From positions 14,073,375 through 14,137,374 of the forward strand of contig OZ316897.1 of the NCBI GenBank assembly GCA_973895155.1: DNA of 64,000 bases, read 5' to 3'. The notes under the pieces are model-generated. The model was not told the DNA's origin and made no database searches. It was given only the letters and a program-made list of their open reading frames with translations. Source of the DNA: Marsupella aquatica. Taxonomy: Eukaryota > Plantae > Marchantiophyta. Position 1 is the stretch's first letter. Each line of letters starts with the position of its first letter. A program made the position numbers and the translations under genes. Shown here one piece after another: positions 37,416 through 50,429 of the stretch.

Positions 37416-40400
37416 ATGTCTGCAGATTTGGGATTTGGCTCGAGGTGGAGTGCTTTGGGGCGATTGCGATCAGTGTGGCAGGGCGGTGGAGGTGGAGGTG
37501 GCGGAGGTGGAGCACTCAGTTCCTGGACGCCGTTGCTCTCCATAAGGCGACGACCTTGCTCCTGTTTCTTCCCTGCGGCCACTGTTGCTGCTTCAGCTGC
37601 TTCTGCTGCAGCGATGAAAGAAGACAACCGAGACGAAGTGAAAGAAATTGTTCTGGATAGGGCGAGGTTCAAGCAACAGCTCCGCTTGCGAGCCGTCCGC
37701 ATTCCCAAACAGCATGCACATTTCGTATCCAAATCATTGTCCAGGTATTGTGCGTTGTTGTCTGGTTTGTTTCACCTGTTATGGATTGCTGATTTCTGCA
37801 CCTCTCCATTCATTCAGTGGGTGCCCCGAGTACTATCATTGGCGCGTGTTTAATCGGTCAATGATGGTTACTAGCTAAAATGCTTTTCATACATTGGAGT
37901 AATGTTGTCCCGGTACTCAGGACAAACGTTTATCGTCAGTATACTCAACCCTTAAACCCTAAACCCTAAAACCTTACACACTCATCAAATATACAACAAC
38001 CTAAAAATGTATTTGGAAACTTCTCCTCCGCAATTCCTGCATCAAATTGCAGCTCTGATTATGCCGGGCTACAATGAGTACTCACACCTGCGATTTGTGG
38101 CGATCATTCTTTCATACCTTCGTTCATTTCTCCCAACAGTTCAGAGTGCTTCGTTAACCCCTGAAAACTAGGACTTTTAAACCTAGGGCCCATGCTTGTC
38201 TCTAGTTATTTTTTGCCCCCGAATGTGCAACAAAGTCGGTCCAGTACAATATCTCGTAATCCACCTCCTTTGTTGAAAGTGTCCTCCATAAGATTTATTC
38301 TTGGAATGGACTATTGTCTAAAAGGAAAGTGTGTCTGGAATTGTCCAACTGACAGGTTTACTCTGGAAAGACCCAAGCTGAAGCACGTCATTCACGACCC
38401 AGAGAATACCGAAAATCGCCTAGTCCTTCTGGCCGAGCACACTGATGGATCTGGTGATTGCTTCGATCCTCCCTGGCTTCTCTCCCACAGAAATTTGCAC
38501 AATGATGAAACGTATCTGTAAGTTGGTCCCAGTTGCTGGTGCTCTCACTTGCTATTGTTCTCTCTGTCTCGCTTTGTGTAACTTCTAAGTGTAACTTCTA
38601 ATTTGACATCTTATGTTCCTGGCTTCCTAAGAGCGCTATTGCGGTTTGGACTTGCAGATGTCCTGGAAGAAAAACTAGCTGAAATAAGAAAGAGTCTATC
38701 ACTGGATATAATTTCTCATCAGATTGACTTGGACTACAGATACTATTCTGTAGGTGAGTGGTTCCCTCACAACAATCTTATGATCTTTTTATTTTTCCGT
38801 CGTATAATGCACTTGCATTCATCTGAGTCAGTCATATCCGGTTTCACACATGCAGGGGTGCTCACTAAGAGTGACGTCCTTACGCTCTTCCTTTCAGGTG
38901 GGCTAAGAATTGCTAATGAGTAATTCCATGGGTTTTACAGAGCAAGTATTGAAGGAGATTCTTCCCGAAGGATGGAAAGTGCCAGCATCTTTTGAAACAG
39001 TTGGTAAATTATCTATCTTTGATGAAGCTTTTATCTGAGTGAGCATGATAAAAAATGGAACATTTTTGCTTAGCAATTCCCGTTATGCTAAGCCTTGTCC
39101 TTTGTATGACGTGACAGCGGTCAGACCTTAACCTGTATCTTATTGCATGCCTTCGACAATAAGAACATTATATGAATTGCGGGGTAGGAAAATATCTAAG
39201 AATGCACTCATTGCGAAGAGATACTTGGAAAACCGGTTTCTTGACTAGTCAGCCGCGGTTTGATTTTCATTGGGTAGTAGCTTCCTCACCGTCAAGTATT
39301 CGTGGACTCCCTTCGTGCCTTATCTGGACTATTCCGATTTCATACTGTCTCTGGATCTCTCTGTCAAGTTTAGTCACATATAATTTTGATGAACTTCTTG
39401 AATGCTTGTATACCCAAATGTACGAATTGCGTCTTTGATTTAGGTTTATTTACGGTTGTCTCTGAAATGTATACAATTCTTTCAGACACAAATTTCTCCC
39501 TGTAGAAGTGCGAGGACTCTGATGCAATACAACCTTGATCTCATGCTTAAAAAGTACGCTTTAGTGTTGCAGGCCATATAGCTCATCTCAACTTGACAGA
39601 CGAGTTGCTTCCGTACAGGAAAATCATTGCAGAGGTTTTCCTTGATGTAAGTGCTCTATGACAAGGCATCTCCACACTGTTTGTTACCTGTGATAGTTCT
39701 TGCTGGCCTTTGCATCCATGTGAAAGCTAAAAACGACTTGAAACTTGCCGTGGCAGAAAAATCAACCGAAGATAAGAACGATTGTCAACAAAGTTGGTAC
39801 AATTTCAAACGAGTTTAGAGTTCCTACATGGGAGGTTCTTGGTGGAGATGCCAATCTCGTTACCGAAGTCAAACAGCATAATGCAATTTTTCGTCTGGAT
39901 TTCGGTCTCGTCTACTGGAATTCGAGATTGGAGTTTGAACATAAACGATTATGTTCTGATTTCCGACCCGGCCAGGTCATATTGGACATGTTTGCTGGGA
40001 TAGGGCCGTTCGCAATTCCAGCAGCCCAACAAGGCTGTGCAGTATTTGCAAATGACCTGAATCCAGCAAGTATACAGTATTTGAAGGTCAACTCGACAAT
40101 CAATAAAGTAGCAGGGAGTATCAAAGCATACAACCTGGACGCTCGTGAGTTTATGAGAAACCTCCAGAGGAGAGAAGTTGCTGAATCAGCCGAAAAAATC
40201 GAGGGTAGCTTTAATGGATCAATCTGTGAAAAGTCTACCCTTCCACAGGTCAATTCTCAGACACCTTCAGTTGGAGAAACTGGAGGAGATTCAATTGGTG
40301 AGATCTCTGTTGGTTGGACATAACATATATTTCCGTCAAATGTTTTGACTACTTGGAAAATTGGTGAAGATTCCCTTCAGTGGACAGGTAGATATCGCAT

Positions 40401-42123
40401 TTGTATAACTAATAGCTTGTGGTGTCCGAGAATAGGAGCTTTCATGTTTCTGTCCTTTGTGATAGCTTTCAGAATTTTGTGAATTTTTGGCCAAATCTGG
40501 AAGCGGAAGAAAGGTAACTTCCACTATCTCAAAGGCGTAGTAACTACCACTATCCAGGAACGCATAGCAGATAGGAAGGTCAAGCATGACTAATAATGTA
40601 GAGTACAGGCACATGGTGTTTAATTTTATTGCTGAGTACTATCTAGATTAACGTCAGTTCTGAAGATGATCCTCCTTCTAGCATCATTATTCTTGACTTA
40701 ATTGGGATGGGGCCAGTTGACGGGGAGCAGGTCAAGCAGGGGGTGGTGAAGCGGAAATCAGGGACTGCAAAAGGCCTCAACGCTATTAGCATAGCGATGT
40801 CTGAAGCCAACCCGTGGGAACTTTTCCATCACGTTGTCATGAATCTACCAGCTTCTGCATTAGAGTTTCTTGGTGAGGAAGGAATCTCTCTTGGTCAATC
40901 GATGTCTATTACTTTCCCTTTATGGGAAGAGACTTCATTGTGGTAGGAGTTCATGTTTTTATTTTGCTGGACATCCAGGGAAATGCAACAGAGATGAGTT
41001 GGTTTTTCGTTTTATGTTCTTTTGTTCCTCTAGCATTGCATTAATTTATTAGCTTATTCCAACGTCCATGTAAGCAAGCAAAAGCCACCGTATTATCATT
41101 GAAAGTCCTTCCTTGCAGATGTCTTCCAGGGACTCCTCTCAAGGGATACATGGAAAGGTCCATTGCCTCGAGTCCATTGTTACTGCTTCATGCGGGCGTC
41201 TGAAACGACTGGAGATGTAGTCAAGGTATTCTTCTTCCTCTTGATGTTTACAAGCTGAATGGCTCTCTCTATCTAAGCTTCTGGAATCGAGTCAACATTG
41301 TACGTAAGATGGAAGCATTGAATGGCTCTACCCCTGAGATCACGAGGATCAACAGAGTCGGGTCATATAAATCGTTTGACTTCGTGCTCATTGCTTGACG
41401 GTTTCCCGTGTTTTCCAGACTCTGTTCTCCAACGATGTAGTTGTCACTTAAAGTGCATCTTAGTTCATCAGTATCAGGTGCATTGGGTATATACTTGTAT
41501 ATATGATGTGATAATTATACTTACAGTGGTATTGATTGGCCAGCGCGCGGAAACTATTTTGGGTGGGAATATCGAGGATCCTCAAGTTTGGACTGTTCGA
41601 GACGTTGCTCCAAATAAGGTACAAAAGTGTAATGTTCATTTGGTTAGGATGTTTCCGTCTCAGTCAAACTTACCACTTCGTGAATAATATCTCACGTGAT
41701 CTAGAATTGAATATCATTCAATATGTTAATGACTAAATACGTTCAAATACCAGTGAGAGTTTTTGCAAGAACCACCAGTTTGGGTAGTAGGATTCCTCTC
41801 GAAGAATAATTACTACACAATACTGGGATAGGTGATTTCTCGGTTACTGCTAAGTTGTGCAAGATTCTGACAATGACTTAACGGCTGAAAGCCTACTCGC
41901 TGCATATCTTCAAACTCGCAGATAAGTTGGATTGACTCTCTGTGTGCTATCAATGCAGATTATGCTTTGTGTCAGTTTTGATTTGCCAGAGCAGGTTGCA
42001 TTCAGAGAACAAGGGTTGGCCAAACAGCACACGGCGGTGGATCCAGATAATCATGAGTCTGGACTTGAGCCGTCTGCTCAGTATGAAGAGGTTCAAAGCA
42101 AACGACTAAGAACTGAGAGCTAA
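37416..42123 (+). CDS. TRM5: tRNA (guanine(37)-N1)-methyltransferase, Trm5/Met10+ family, 10 exons, ~567 aa
   Basis: GT-AG exons 37416-37744, 38356-38453, 38658-38753, 38941-39003, 39573-39646, 39757-40297, 40717-40872, 41119-41225, 41544-41618 and 41959-42123 splice in frame (1704 nt). Motifs: [78 protein letters not shown]. Confidence 0.95.
37947..37976 (+). promoter_or_regulatory. Interstitial telomeric repeat / telo-box cluster in TRM5 intron 1
   Basis: AACCCTTAAACCCTAAACCCTAAAACCTTA contains tandem AAACCCTA. Confidence 0.55.
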
Positions 42124-42499
42124 ACAAATGATATTTTTGTAATATATTTAGGAACGGGAATCATTGTTCTATTTTTTCTCATCAAAAGATCGAGATTTCA
42201 ATCAGGCTTCCGCGGTCTGGTTTCAGATTAGTCTCCATGTGTCGAGGGGGTTCGTCCACAGAGCCTGGGTCATCTTGTCCATTGGATGTTATTTTGTTGT
42301 AAGCTTTAGGAATTTGCGTCTAGGGGGCGTCGAGAGGGTTTTTCCTTGGTGTTTTATTGCATTTTCTGAATGGGAATTAAGCCAAAGTGTCCATCAAAGT
42401 TTGAAACTTCCCCTCGTTCTTTCATAATCATGAAAGGATTCTCCAAACCTTGCAGCTCGGGAGGATTCCACATGAGTAAAAGGAAGGCGTGGGTACGTT

Positions 42500-43760
42500 T
42501 AATGCACATTTCAAGGGTCTTTGATGACTTTAAAAGCGGCTACTACTTGTCCCATGTTGAAATCCGTTGTCTGCTGCAAAACTGTTCGGGTTCCTTATCT
42601 CGAAGTCATTCCTTATCAGCAAACAAGTAATCGTCCTTGGGAATTGATCATCCACTATTTTATATCATATCAGGTTATTCAGCGAATGTCCCATTTTAAT
42701 TTTCTACGGAGTCCTCTTATAAAGGGGGCCCCGAAGAATTCGATGAAGTACGTCAATTCTTCCCAGGACGACAAAAATCCCTTGAATAGAAATTCAGATT
42801 ATTCCCAAAGATGAGTGGCTGTTGGGCTACATCATAGGAAAACATCTAAAACATCGCTATCAATCGACTAACGGAAAAAGCTGTTGCCGTTAAGAGGAAC
42901 ATGTCGATTGAATTCACAGAAGAACAACCCGACTCGAGCTTGATGATCCGTAGGGTCAACTTGAGCATACTACTGCGAGTTGTGTCCGTCAATTTTATTT
43001 TTGCTTCGTGCAGTCTTCATCATCTTGTGATCTTATCTGATGACGACGGATTCTTTGAAAAATGAAGTGGACCCTCGCATGGGCTGTAGTATTCTTAAGC
43101 AGAGACATTTGTTGTGTACAACGAAAAAACAGATGAATCTCGAGTTTCCAGCCAGCACTATCGCTGAAGTTCCTTCGAAAATGGCAGATGGGAGACGGAA
43201 TCTATCGCACATGGACGTTTGTTTGACGTAATCTCAGAATTGGGTCACCATTTTTTGTGTAGAACAATATCATGAGAGTAGCGCCAATCGATAACGCATG
43301 CTCATGGTAATGGCGTACTGATGAGTCCAATTATTCTCGCCAATGCTGAGCAGTGCTTCTGTAGAATGCACTGGCGAGACGCTCACATTGAATGATTGCA
43401 GTATTAATTTCGAGGTAAAGTTTTTTTCGCTGAGATGAGTCCGAAACTCTAGCATCGCTTAGACTTGGATCCTTCGCTTTTTCACATCTTCTCCGACTCT
43501 CTCAAAATATATCGTGCGTCGTTCAAGAGTTGGGTTGCCGACAGCCTCTCTCGTATGAATGTCTACAAAACAACAAGCTGACTAAATTTATACAACGCTG
43601 GCGAAGCCTGTCTATTGATCACGGTGAGATGATTAGGGTCGTCTGGACGAGTTTGCTTGGGATCTTTTGGCTCAAGTCGTACGACTCAACTGTCCCGGTA
43701 TTTCCTTGTTCCAGAGAGCCAAGAAAATGGGAGGGGACGAATTCCATTGACGCTTCTACC
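42500..43760 (-). pseudogene. Putative decayed F-box-type gene between TRM5 and PetM
   Basis: Broken minus-strand peptides LWNKEIP, VPLNGNSFF, FSYDVA..LW and YDIK*W lie in the order expected for plant F-box-associated repeats; there are many stops. Confidence 0.28.
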
Positions 43761-44496
43761 CACGGACAATCTGTTGACTGGGAGTTGACCTGTTGTTTAT
43801 TGAATTCCACTAGACTAGCATAAATTTGAAAATTAAGTAACACCCACGCTTCGTGTAGATAGGTGAACTGGTTTGGAAGTTAGTAGTGCACAAATCCTTG
43901 TCATATCCCTTAATGCATACCTTCAATATTTCTCAACATTTGGTTGTTTGTGTATTGAATTCTGTGGTGAATTGCAGACACTTTTGTGGCCAGTGCAACA
44001 TCATTTTCTGACCTGTTTACTTCTCAAACTACGACAATTTCTACAGTTTAGTCGATATTCCACTATGGCCTGCCATTTCAGGAAGCTCCCTCTCCTAAAT
44101 GGAAACATTAGTAGACATGGCACCTCATTAGCAATCAGTCAAAGACTGTTCACTCCTTTCGAAGAGTGCAAGGTCAATGAAGCTGCTAAAAGAGCAACAA
44201 GAAACGAAACAGCCCGCCCTCCTCGCAGATGCAAGGTAAATGAATGAAGAATTAAACCAAAGCAAGAGTCATACACTTTCCTGTCTTACAGCGACCACCT
44301 CGCTAGGGTAACACAAAAACTTTACAGGGACGAGAGTGATTTCGCCTAATTTATCCCTGCCCGGGAGCAGAAAGAGACACAACACAAAGTGCACTTTCTT
44401 AATTTTCTGCTCACAGAATGAAAAGCACTTCTGTCTGTCATATCCCCGCAGTGCTGTCGAAACCTGGGCAAGACATTGAGGTAATGCTGATTCCTA

Positions 44497-44880
44497 CTAC
44501 TCTGATTCTTCGATGGCTGCCTCCACACGAAGAAGAATGAATCCAATGGCGATGCCAATCAGCACTAAAGCGCTCATGATGGGGACAACAGTTAAGATTT
44601 CGGAGCCCACATCACACGTTGAGGCTAAAGCGCCTCCTTTCGATGATGCACCAGTTTTCGCAGAGCAGCGCGCCCTGACATTAGCAAATTGTTGCTCTGT
44701 GCTTAGGCTCAAACCCAGTGCCATCACATCATTTTGAGCCTTGAGGCCACCATGAAGACTCAATCTCCTTATTCCTGCAGCCCTGTCTCCAGAAGACCTG
44801 CTGCCGGCAGCAGCACCCTTCCTAGAGCTCACAATTGAAGCACTTGCCAAAGACCCCGCGGCTGCTACTACTGCTGCCAT
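44497..44880 (-). CDS. petM: Cytochrome b6f complex subunit 7 (PetM) precursor, chloroplast
   Basis: 127 aa. An Ala/Ser/Arg-rich transit peptide is followed by GGALASTCDVGSEIL and a single TM helix ending IGIAIGFILLRVEAAIEESE, typical of nuclear-encoded PetM. Confidence 0.92.
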   Translation of the reverse strand: MAAVVAAAGSLASASIVSSRKGAAAGSRSSGDRAAGIRRLSLHGGLKAQNDVMALGLSLSTEQQFANVRARCSAKTGASSKGGALASTCDVGSEILTVVPIMSALVLIGIAIGFILLRVEAAIEESE

Positions 44881-44934
44881 CCTGAGTGGAGGGAATCATT
44901 CCAATAACAATACTGTCAGTTGTCGGAACAACAG

Positions 44935-44964
44935 AGGAGAGGAGAGGAGAGGTGAGGAGAGGAG
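44935..44964 (+). repeat. (GAGAG)n microsatellite
   Basis: Direct reading. Confidence 0.8.
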
Positions 44965-45344
44965 ATTGAATCCCTGAAGCTCATCAAACTAAGAACGGAA
45001 CACCAGCCTCTTGCATCAAATTCAAAAGGAGCCCGCCCAGCCCTACAATGCCCTGCCATGCCCTATCTGTACAACCTCTGGCAAAAAATCAATCCGAACG
45101 GGGAGCAGCCCTTGAAGTTTCTTCCATCCAAACCAGCAATCCAAATATTGCAGAATCACAATCAGTGGGCTACAGAGCTATGGTACTTGTCACGAAAACG
45201 CCCAGCACGACAATTGAGGTGACCTTTTCACAGCATTCACGTTCCTTGTTTCAGCCAACCCACGTTACACCGGCCATGGACACAGACATTCAGAGAGAGT
45301 GACAGAGAGTGCTTTCTGTTGAATTCAACAAACAATTAAAACCC

Positions 45345-45358
45345 AAAGAGAGAAAGAG

Positions 45359-45389
<31 letters not shown>

Positions 45390-45416
45390 GAGAAAGAAAG
45401 AAGGAGAGAAAGAGAG
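45345..45416 (+). repeat. (GAAA)n/(GA)n microsatellite
   Basis: Direct reading. Confidence 0.9.
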
Positions 45417-47939
45417 CTGGAGAAGCTGGCCGACCTGCCTGCCGAAGTGTTCACAATCCTTGCAACAGAAAACCCACATTGGAGCGGCCATGGACAGAGC
45501 CCGAAACAGAGACAGAGAGAGGGAGGAGCTACTTTCAATTGGATTCAACACAACATTCAAATGCCATAGAGGGGGAGAGAGGGAGCTGGAGGACAATGGC
45601 CGACTTGCCTGCCGAGATGCTGAAAGGTGGGGAGGGGCACGGAACAAGTAAAGATTTCGCTGCTCTCGGCCTTCTCTGCCTGCTGTTGCTGATGATGCTG
45701 TCCACAACGCACGAACAACAGACGCAGAGATCGATTTCGATGCGAGATGAGCGAATGTGGGACACCCACTACTGTCACTGCCTGTCACTACGGCCTCAGG
45801 TCCCGAGAGCTCGATGGGCAGGGGAAAGCAAAATGTGTGGATAGTCGAGGATGAGCTCACCTTTGGATAGGGTAAGATCTTCCGGGCTCACCGGAGAGAA
45901 AGGGGTTACCCTTGTTGGGATAGAGCATTCTAGTATTGGGATAGAGCATCTGTCATTTTTTTCCCCCTTGTTTTTTTTTTCCCCTAATTCGCCAAGGTGG
46001 CCATCAGGCATGTTTTTGGGGGTGAAATTAGCCCATCACTTATCTGATAAACAGCAGGCTGATGATACTGGGGATGAAATTTTAAAAATTCTGTTTCATT
46101 TGCCACCACCTAATGCACTATGGGGGAGTGTTAGCCAGGAAATAGTCTAGAATATTCAGAAAGTAGTGTATAATTGCAAGAAAAATACTCCATCCCCAGA
46201 CCTGTTCTTTGTCTGTAGGGTCAAATAGTAGCCACCTTGGCTAATGTTTGAAAACAAGAAAAAAAAATGGCTGGTGGCTAGCCACCTTGGCTAATGTATA
46301 AAAACAATTAAAAAAATGGCTGATGGCCATGGGGCTGTGTATGGAAAAATTGGGTACCATGATCAAAAAGTCATTTAAACTTGACCACAATGTCATGTTG
46401 ACACAACGCCTGGGCCCTGCCATTTGAGTTGGACAGTGTGGTTCAACGTATTTCCCTTCCTTTATTCACATGCCATTTGAACACAACTTCCATTTTTGAA
46501 CATGACGTCTCAAGTACAAAAATTGTAAACCAGGTACTTTAGTCAAAAGTTGCAGAGTGGATTCAATGGTGGCGAATAAGCCCGGAAGATAAGCACTAGT
46601 CAAATAGAGCTCCCCATTGCCCACTATTCGAATAAGAGAAGACGGTAGCACTAGAAGGATGACAGGAACTCTACAAAAAGCATCTACTGTAGTTATGCAC
46701 TACGGATAGTTGATAGTACAGTCACTTTCTCCTGAATGATCCAGCAGAGTGGATTCAATGGTGGCAAATGGAACAGAACTAAATCTTAGTATCATTGCTG
46801 GCTGTCAAGAGTTGGAAAGGGCGTTGAGGGTAGGGTAAAGGGCATAGATGACCATCTGATAGTGAAACCTGGTTAGATGTTCACTTGATGGTTTGGTTGT
46901 TTCAGGCTAATGACCAGTAGAAGACAAAATGCCAAAATAGTAATTAAACTAAAAGAGTGGCACAAGATCTAATTATACAAAGAGGAGTGGCAATGTAACA
47001 AATCTCAGAAGGGGAGGAAACCCTTACTCCAAGGAGACCTAGTATTCCTGCCCACTGGAAAGTTAAGAGAAGCTCTCAAGGCCCTGGAACTCCTGCGCGC
47101 CCATGGGCAAAACAAAAAGAAGCATAGATGACCATCTGATGGTGAAAATTAAGAGAAGCTCAAGACCCGAGAACTCCTGCCCGAATGAAAAGCAAAGAAA
47201 GCTTGAGGCCCAGGAACTTCTGTCCCCACGCAGAGAAAAAACGAAATGGGAGAAACTCTATCTCCCAAGAGTCACAACTCCCATCAGCAAAATTAGATGT
47301 ACTCTAGTGCAAATTCAGTTTGCGCATCAAGTAAGTCATTATGAAATTTTTGGATCTAACCAGAAAACTATGTTTTAGAGTGCTTATGAAATCAGTAAAA
47401 TTAATCAGTAAAATTTACAAATAAGTGCTAATGAGTTTATCCAAATCTTGATGAATGCCGTGAAAGTTACAAGAGAAAATTCACAAAGGGTTATAAGTGT
47501 AAGGTTACTCATCTTCTCAAGGGGACTATGGGATGTAATCCCCATGAATGAGCCCCTAGGGGTACAGCCATGGCCCTCTAGTGGCCATGGATTATGAGTG
47601 TATTGCTCCTGGCTAGTGTAGTTTTTGCTTTATTTTGACTTGAAAATTTTGCCCAAAATTGGATAACCCTCCCTCAATCAGGACTGGTCCTAAGTACTCT
47701 TGGTGCCCAAATGCCTACACAGAACTCTACAAGCAAGCAACTTGGTGCCCCTATCACCGCCTGCACGGGCGCCTGTGGCAACTCCCATATGAAGCCGTAC
47801 CTGGTCCTCAGCATGACTGTCGCTCAATGGCCCTTGTTGCATGCACAAGCAACCAACCCCATTGGTAAGTAGCCCATCCTGATCTCAAGCTCAATAGTTG
47901 TTGGTAAGTAGGTTGCCAGCCGATATAGCCTCCCAGACC

Positions 47940-48365
47940 TGTGTGGCCTTGCCATAACTGAAACTATCTAAGGTTGACACCCATCATTTGTCCATAATAG
48001 TCCCAAAAGGCCAAGTGTTCATTCCGCACCAACCAAACATCTATGGCCTTGAGCCCAAGATGAGCTCTTCCTCAAGCTCTCATAACTGATAATGTCGATC
48101 TAGGGGTCCTGACGGTCCACTCCGAGTCCAGCCCATCTCATGGCCCGACTAGCTCCTAACATCAGTCGGTCCCTTGTGCTCTAGCTTAGTGTCTTGCTTT
48201 TGCTAGAGCAATGCTTCCTTGCTCTCAAGTCTCCTCATGCTTAGACCCCCGCTTGGTATCCTTTTGGCTAGTCATCCCGAGCCTGGATGATAGAGGAGCT
48301 AGCTTGGCATCAGATTCAGCGACGCGGGAGCTAAGTGGTAGGCTGGGGAGTCAAGTTTCGCAACT
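47940..48365 (-). repeat. GC-rich dispersed repeat, copy 2 (inverted relative to 3215-3600)
   Basis: See copy 1. Confidence 0.7.
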
Positions 48366-48859
48366 TATTTCCTCAGTTCTTGGGCCATGAGATCATTTGA
48401 AAATGGGAGAAAATGTAAAGTTAAATAAGTGTATAGAAATTGGTGTCCAAAGTAATGTACATGGGGTACAAGAAATGCAAGTTATAAGTGTAGAGCCTAG
48501 TACACTCCACCATTAATTAGTGGGTATATGCTTATGTTAACTTGAGAGAAAGAAGGATGAGCAAGGATTTTTTTTTCATTTTTGAATAGTTATACCCACA
48601 AATTTTAGACAAGGTTTGTCTCTTTTCAAGTGACTGGGGAGGTAGCTTTTGGGGAATTTTCTGTTATCTGGCTTTTTAGTAGGCCCTATTTGTTTTTTTG
48701 TATGGAGCATTTTCTTTTGGGGGGGAGAGAGAGAGAGAGGTAATGTTATTTGAGGTGCAAGAGCGGCAAAAAAACTCTAAAGTTACCACAAAAAACAAGG
48801 TGCACAGAGAAAAACAGAATCAAGTAAGTTCTAAATGACTCATGCTCATGGATGGGATA

Positions 48860-49170
48860 AAGATGACATATTTTACACAATTTCATCTTAGTTTGTGTAA
48901 CAACATTTTCTTTACAAAAATCTGTTATGCAACTACATCTTTTGCGTGATGACATCTTTACACAACGACATATTTTGCACAATGTCATCTCCCCACAAAT
49001 GACAAATTACGCAACATCACTTTTTTGACTACTAACATCTTCTACAGAACAACATCTTCTGTGCAATGTTGTATTTTTTGTAAATGATATCTGTTACGAA
49101 ACTACTTGTTTTCTACAAATGACATCCTTTATACATTGATATCTTTTGGATAACAACATATTCTCTGCAA
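48860..49170 (-). repeat. Degenerate ~19-20-bp tandem repeat, copy 2
   Basis: Recurrent (CAA)CGACAT(C/A)TTT units; reverse complement of the 6810-7090 type. Confidence 0.6.
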
Positions 49171-50429
49171 AGCATGGGTATTGCACTAGTAACCATCCTT
49201 AAATGTACAATAATACAAAGAGAACCATACACAAAGGATTTATGTATGCGCATGCCCATCAGCCACCGAAAAGACAGACAGGCCAACATTAGGTGGCTCT
49301 CCTTCTCCTTTTGTACCAAGGTTGGGAACTAGTTTAGCTGACACGGCCTCAATTCATGCAGCCTAAGATAGAACCTGTCTGAGATTGAGCTAGCCAGCAA
49401 TTACCCAATGTTCTTGCAAAGGAGTAGCTGAATCCAATCTCAATCTCTCAAAATTAAGTCTTAAAAAAAGGACAATACTGAACAAGTATTAGATTGATTC
49501 AATTTGCAACCAAGGTAGCCCAAGCCAAGCCCATCTCCAACCTCCCCAAACCAAGCTGCGCACACTGGTATAGGAGTTGTGGTGGGAACTATGACAAACA
49601 ATTGAGCAATCAATCAATAGGATTGCAGGAGACGAATGTCCTCAGTTGCCACAATTTCCTCCATCTGCTGGTTCACTTTTTGGCTAGAACTGTTTGTGAT
49701 ACACTCTACTATCTTGAACCCTAAGGAATCACCCTGAGAAATCACTCATTGGATTACTAGACCGGGGTGCAAAAAAATGAAGATTATTTTTAATCTTGTG
49801 GGGCTAATAATTATAATCAAATACTAAAGACATTTTCAAATCCAATTTTGGTAAAACATAATATTTTATATTCAACAAGGTATTTAAAGTTTGTGAAAGT
49901 CGTAAAATAAAGGGTACAAGGGTTTTTCTAATTGGTTTTCTGGAAAATTTTATTTTTAAAAAAATTATTGGATTGTTCTCAGGTGGTTTTAGGGGTCTTA
50001 CACTAAATGATTCCCAAGGGATCTTGAATATAAGTATTATTTTAATCCTGACCTAACACTTAGTGATATGCATGTTTTTTTTATGGAGAAATTTGTGAAA
50101 CCCCACAAAAAAGGAATAGTCGGTCACAATAATCATCTGAACTCAATACATAATAGGTTCCACTCAACCATACCTCTTTGGACAGGTGCTATGAATGAAT
50201 AACCCCATGAAAGTCAACATGCTCCTTCTAGAAATCATGGTCCCCTGTATGCCAAGTGATTTCTCCATGAATTTGATGCATTGATGAAACTGTGAATGTG
50301 CATGCCTTTTCATCATACATTGTAGTGCCCAGCACATGCAGTATAACCAAAACAATGAATTGAAATTCATTCAAAAAGCTAACATACAACAAAGGCGGCC
50401 CACAAATGAGTCAACACCCACAAGGACCG

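Noticed and set aside
45290-45860. Several ORFs of 60-174 aa upstream of PetM
   Set aside because: They arise from microsatellite and UTR/intron low-complexity sequence.
50236-50254. Similarity to miR160 (CCCTGTATGCCA)
   Set aside because: The 5' half does not match and no complementary hairpin arm is visible nearby.
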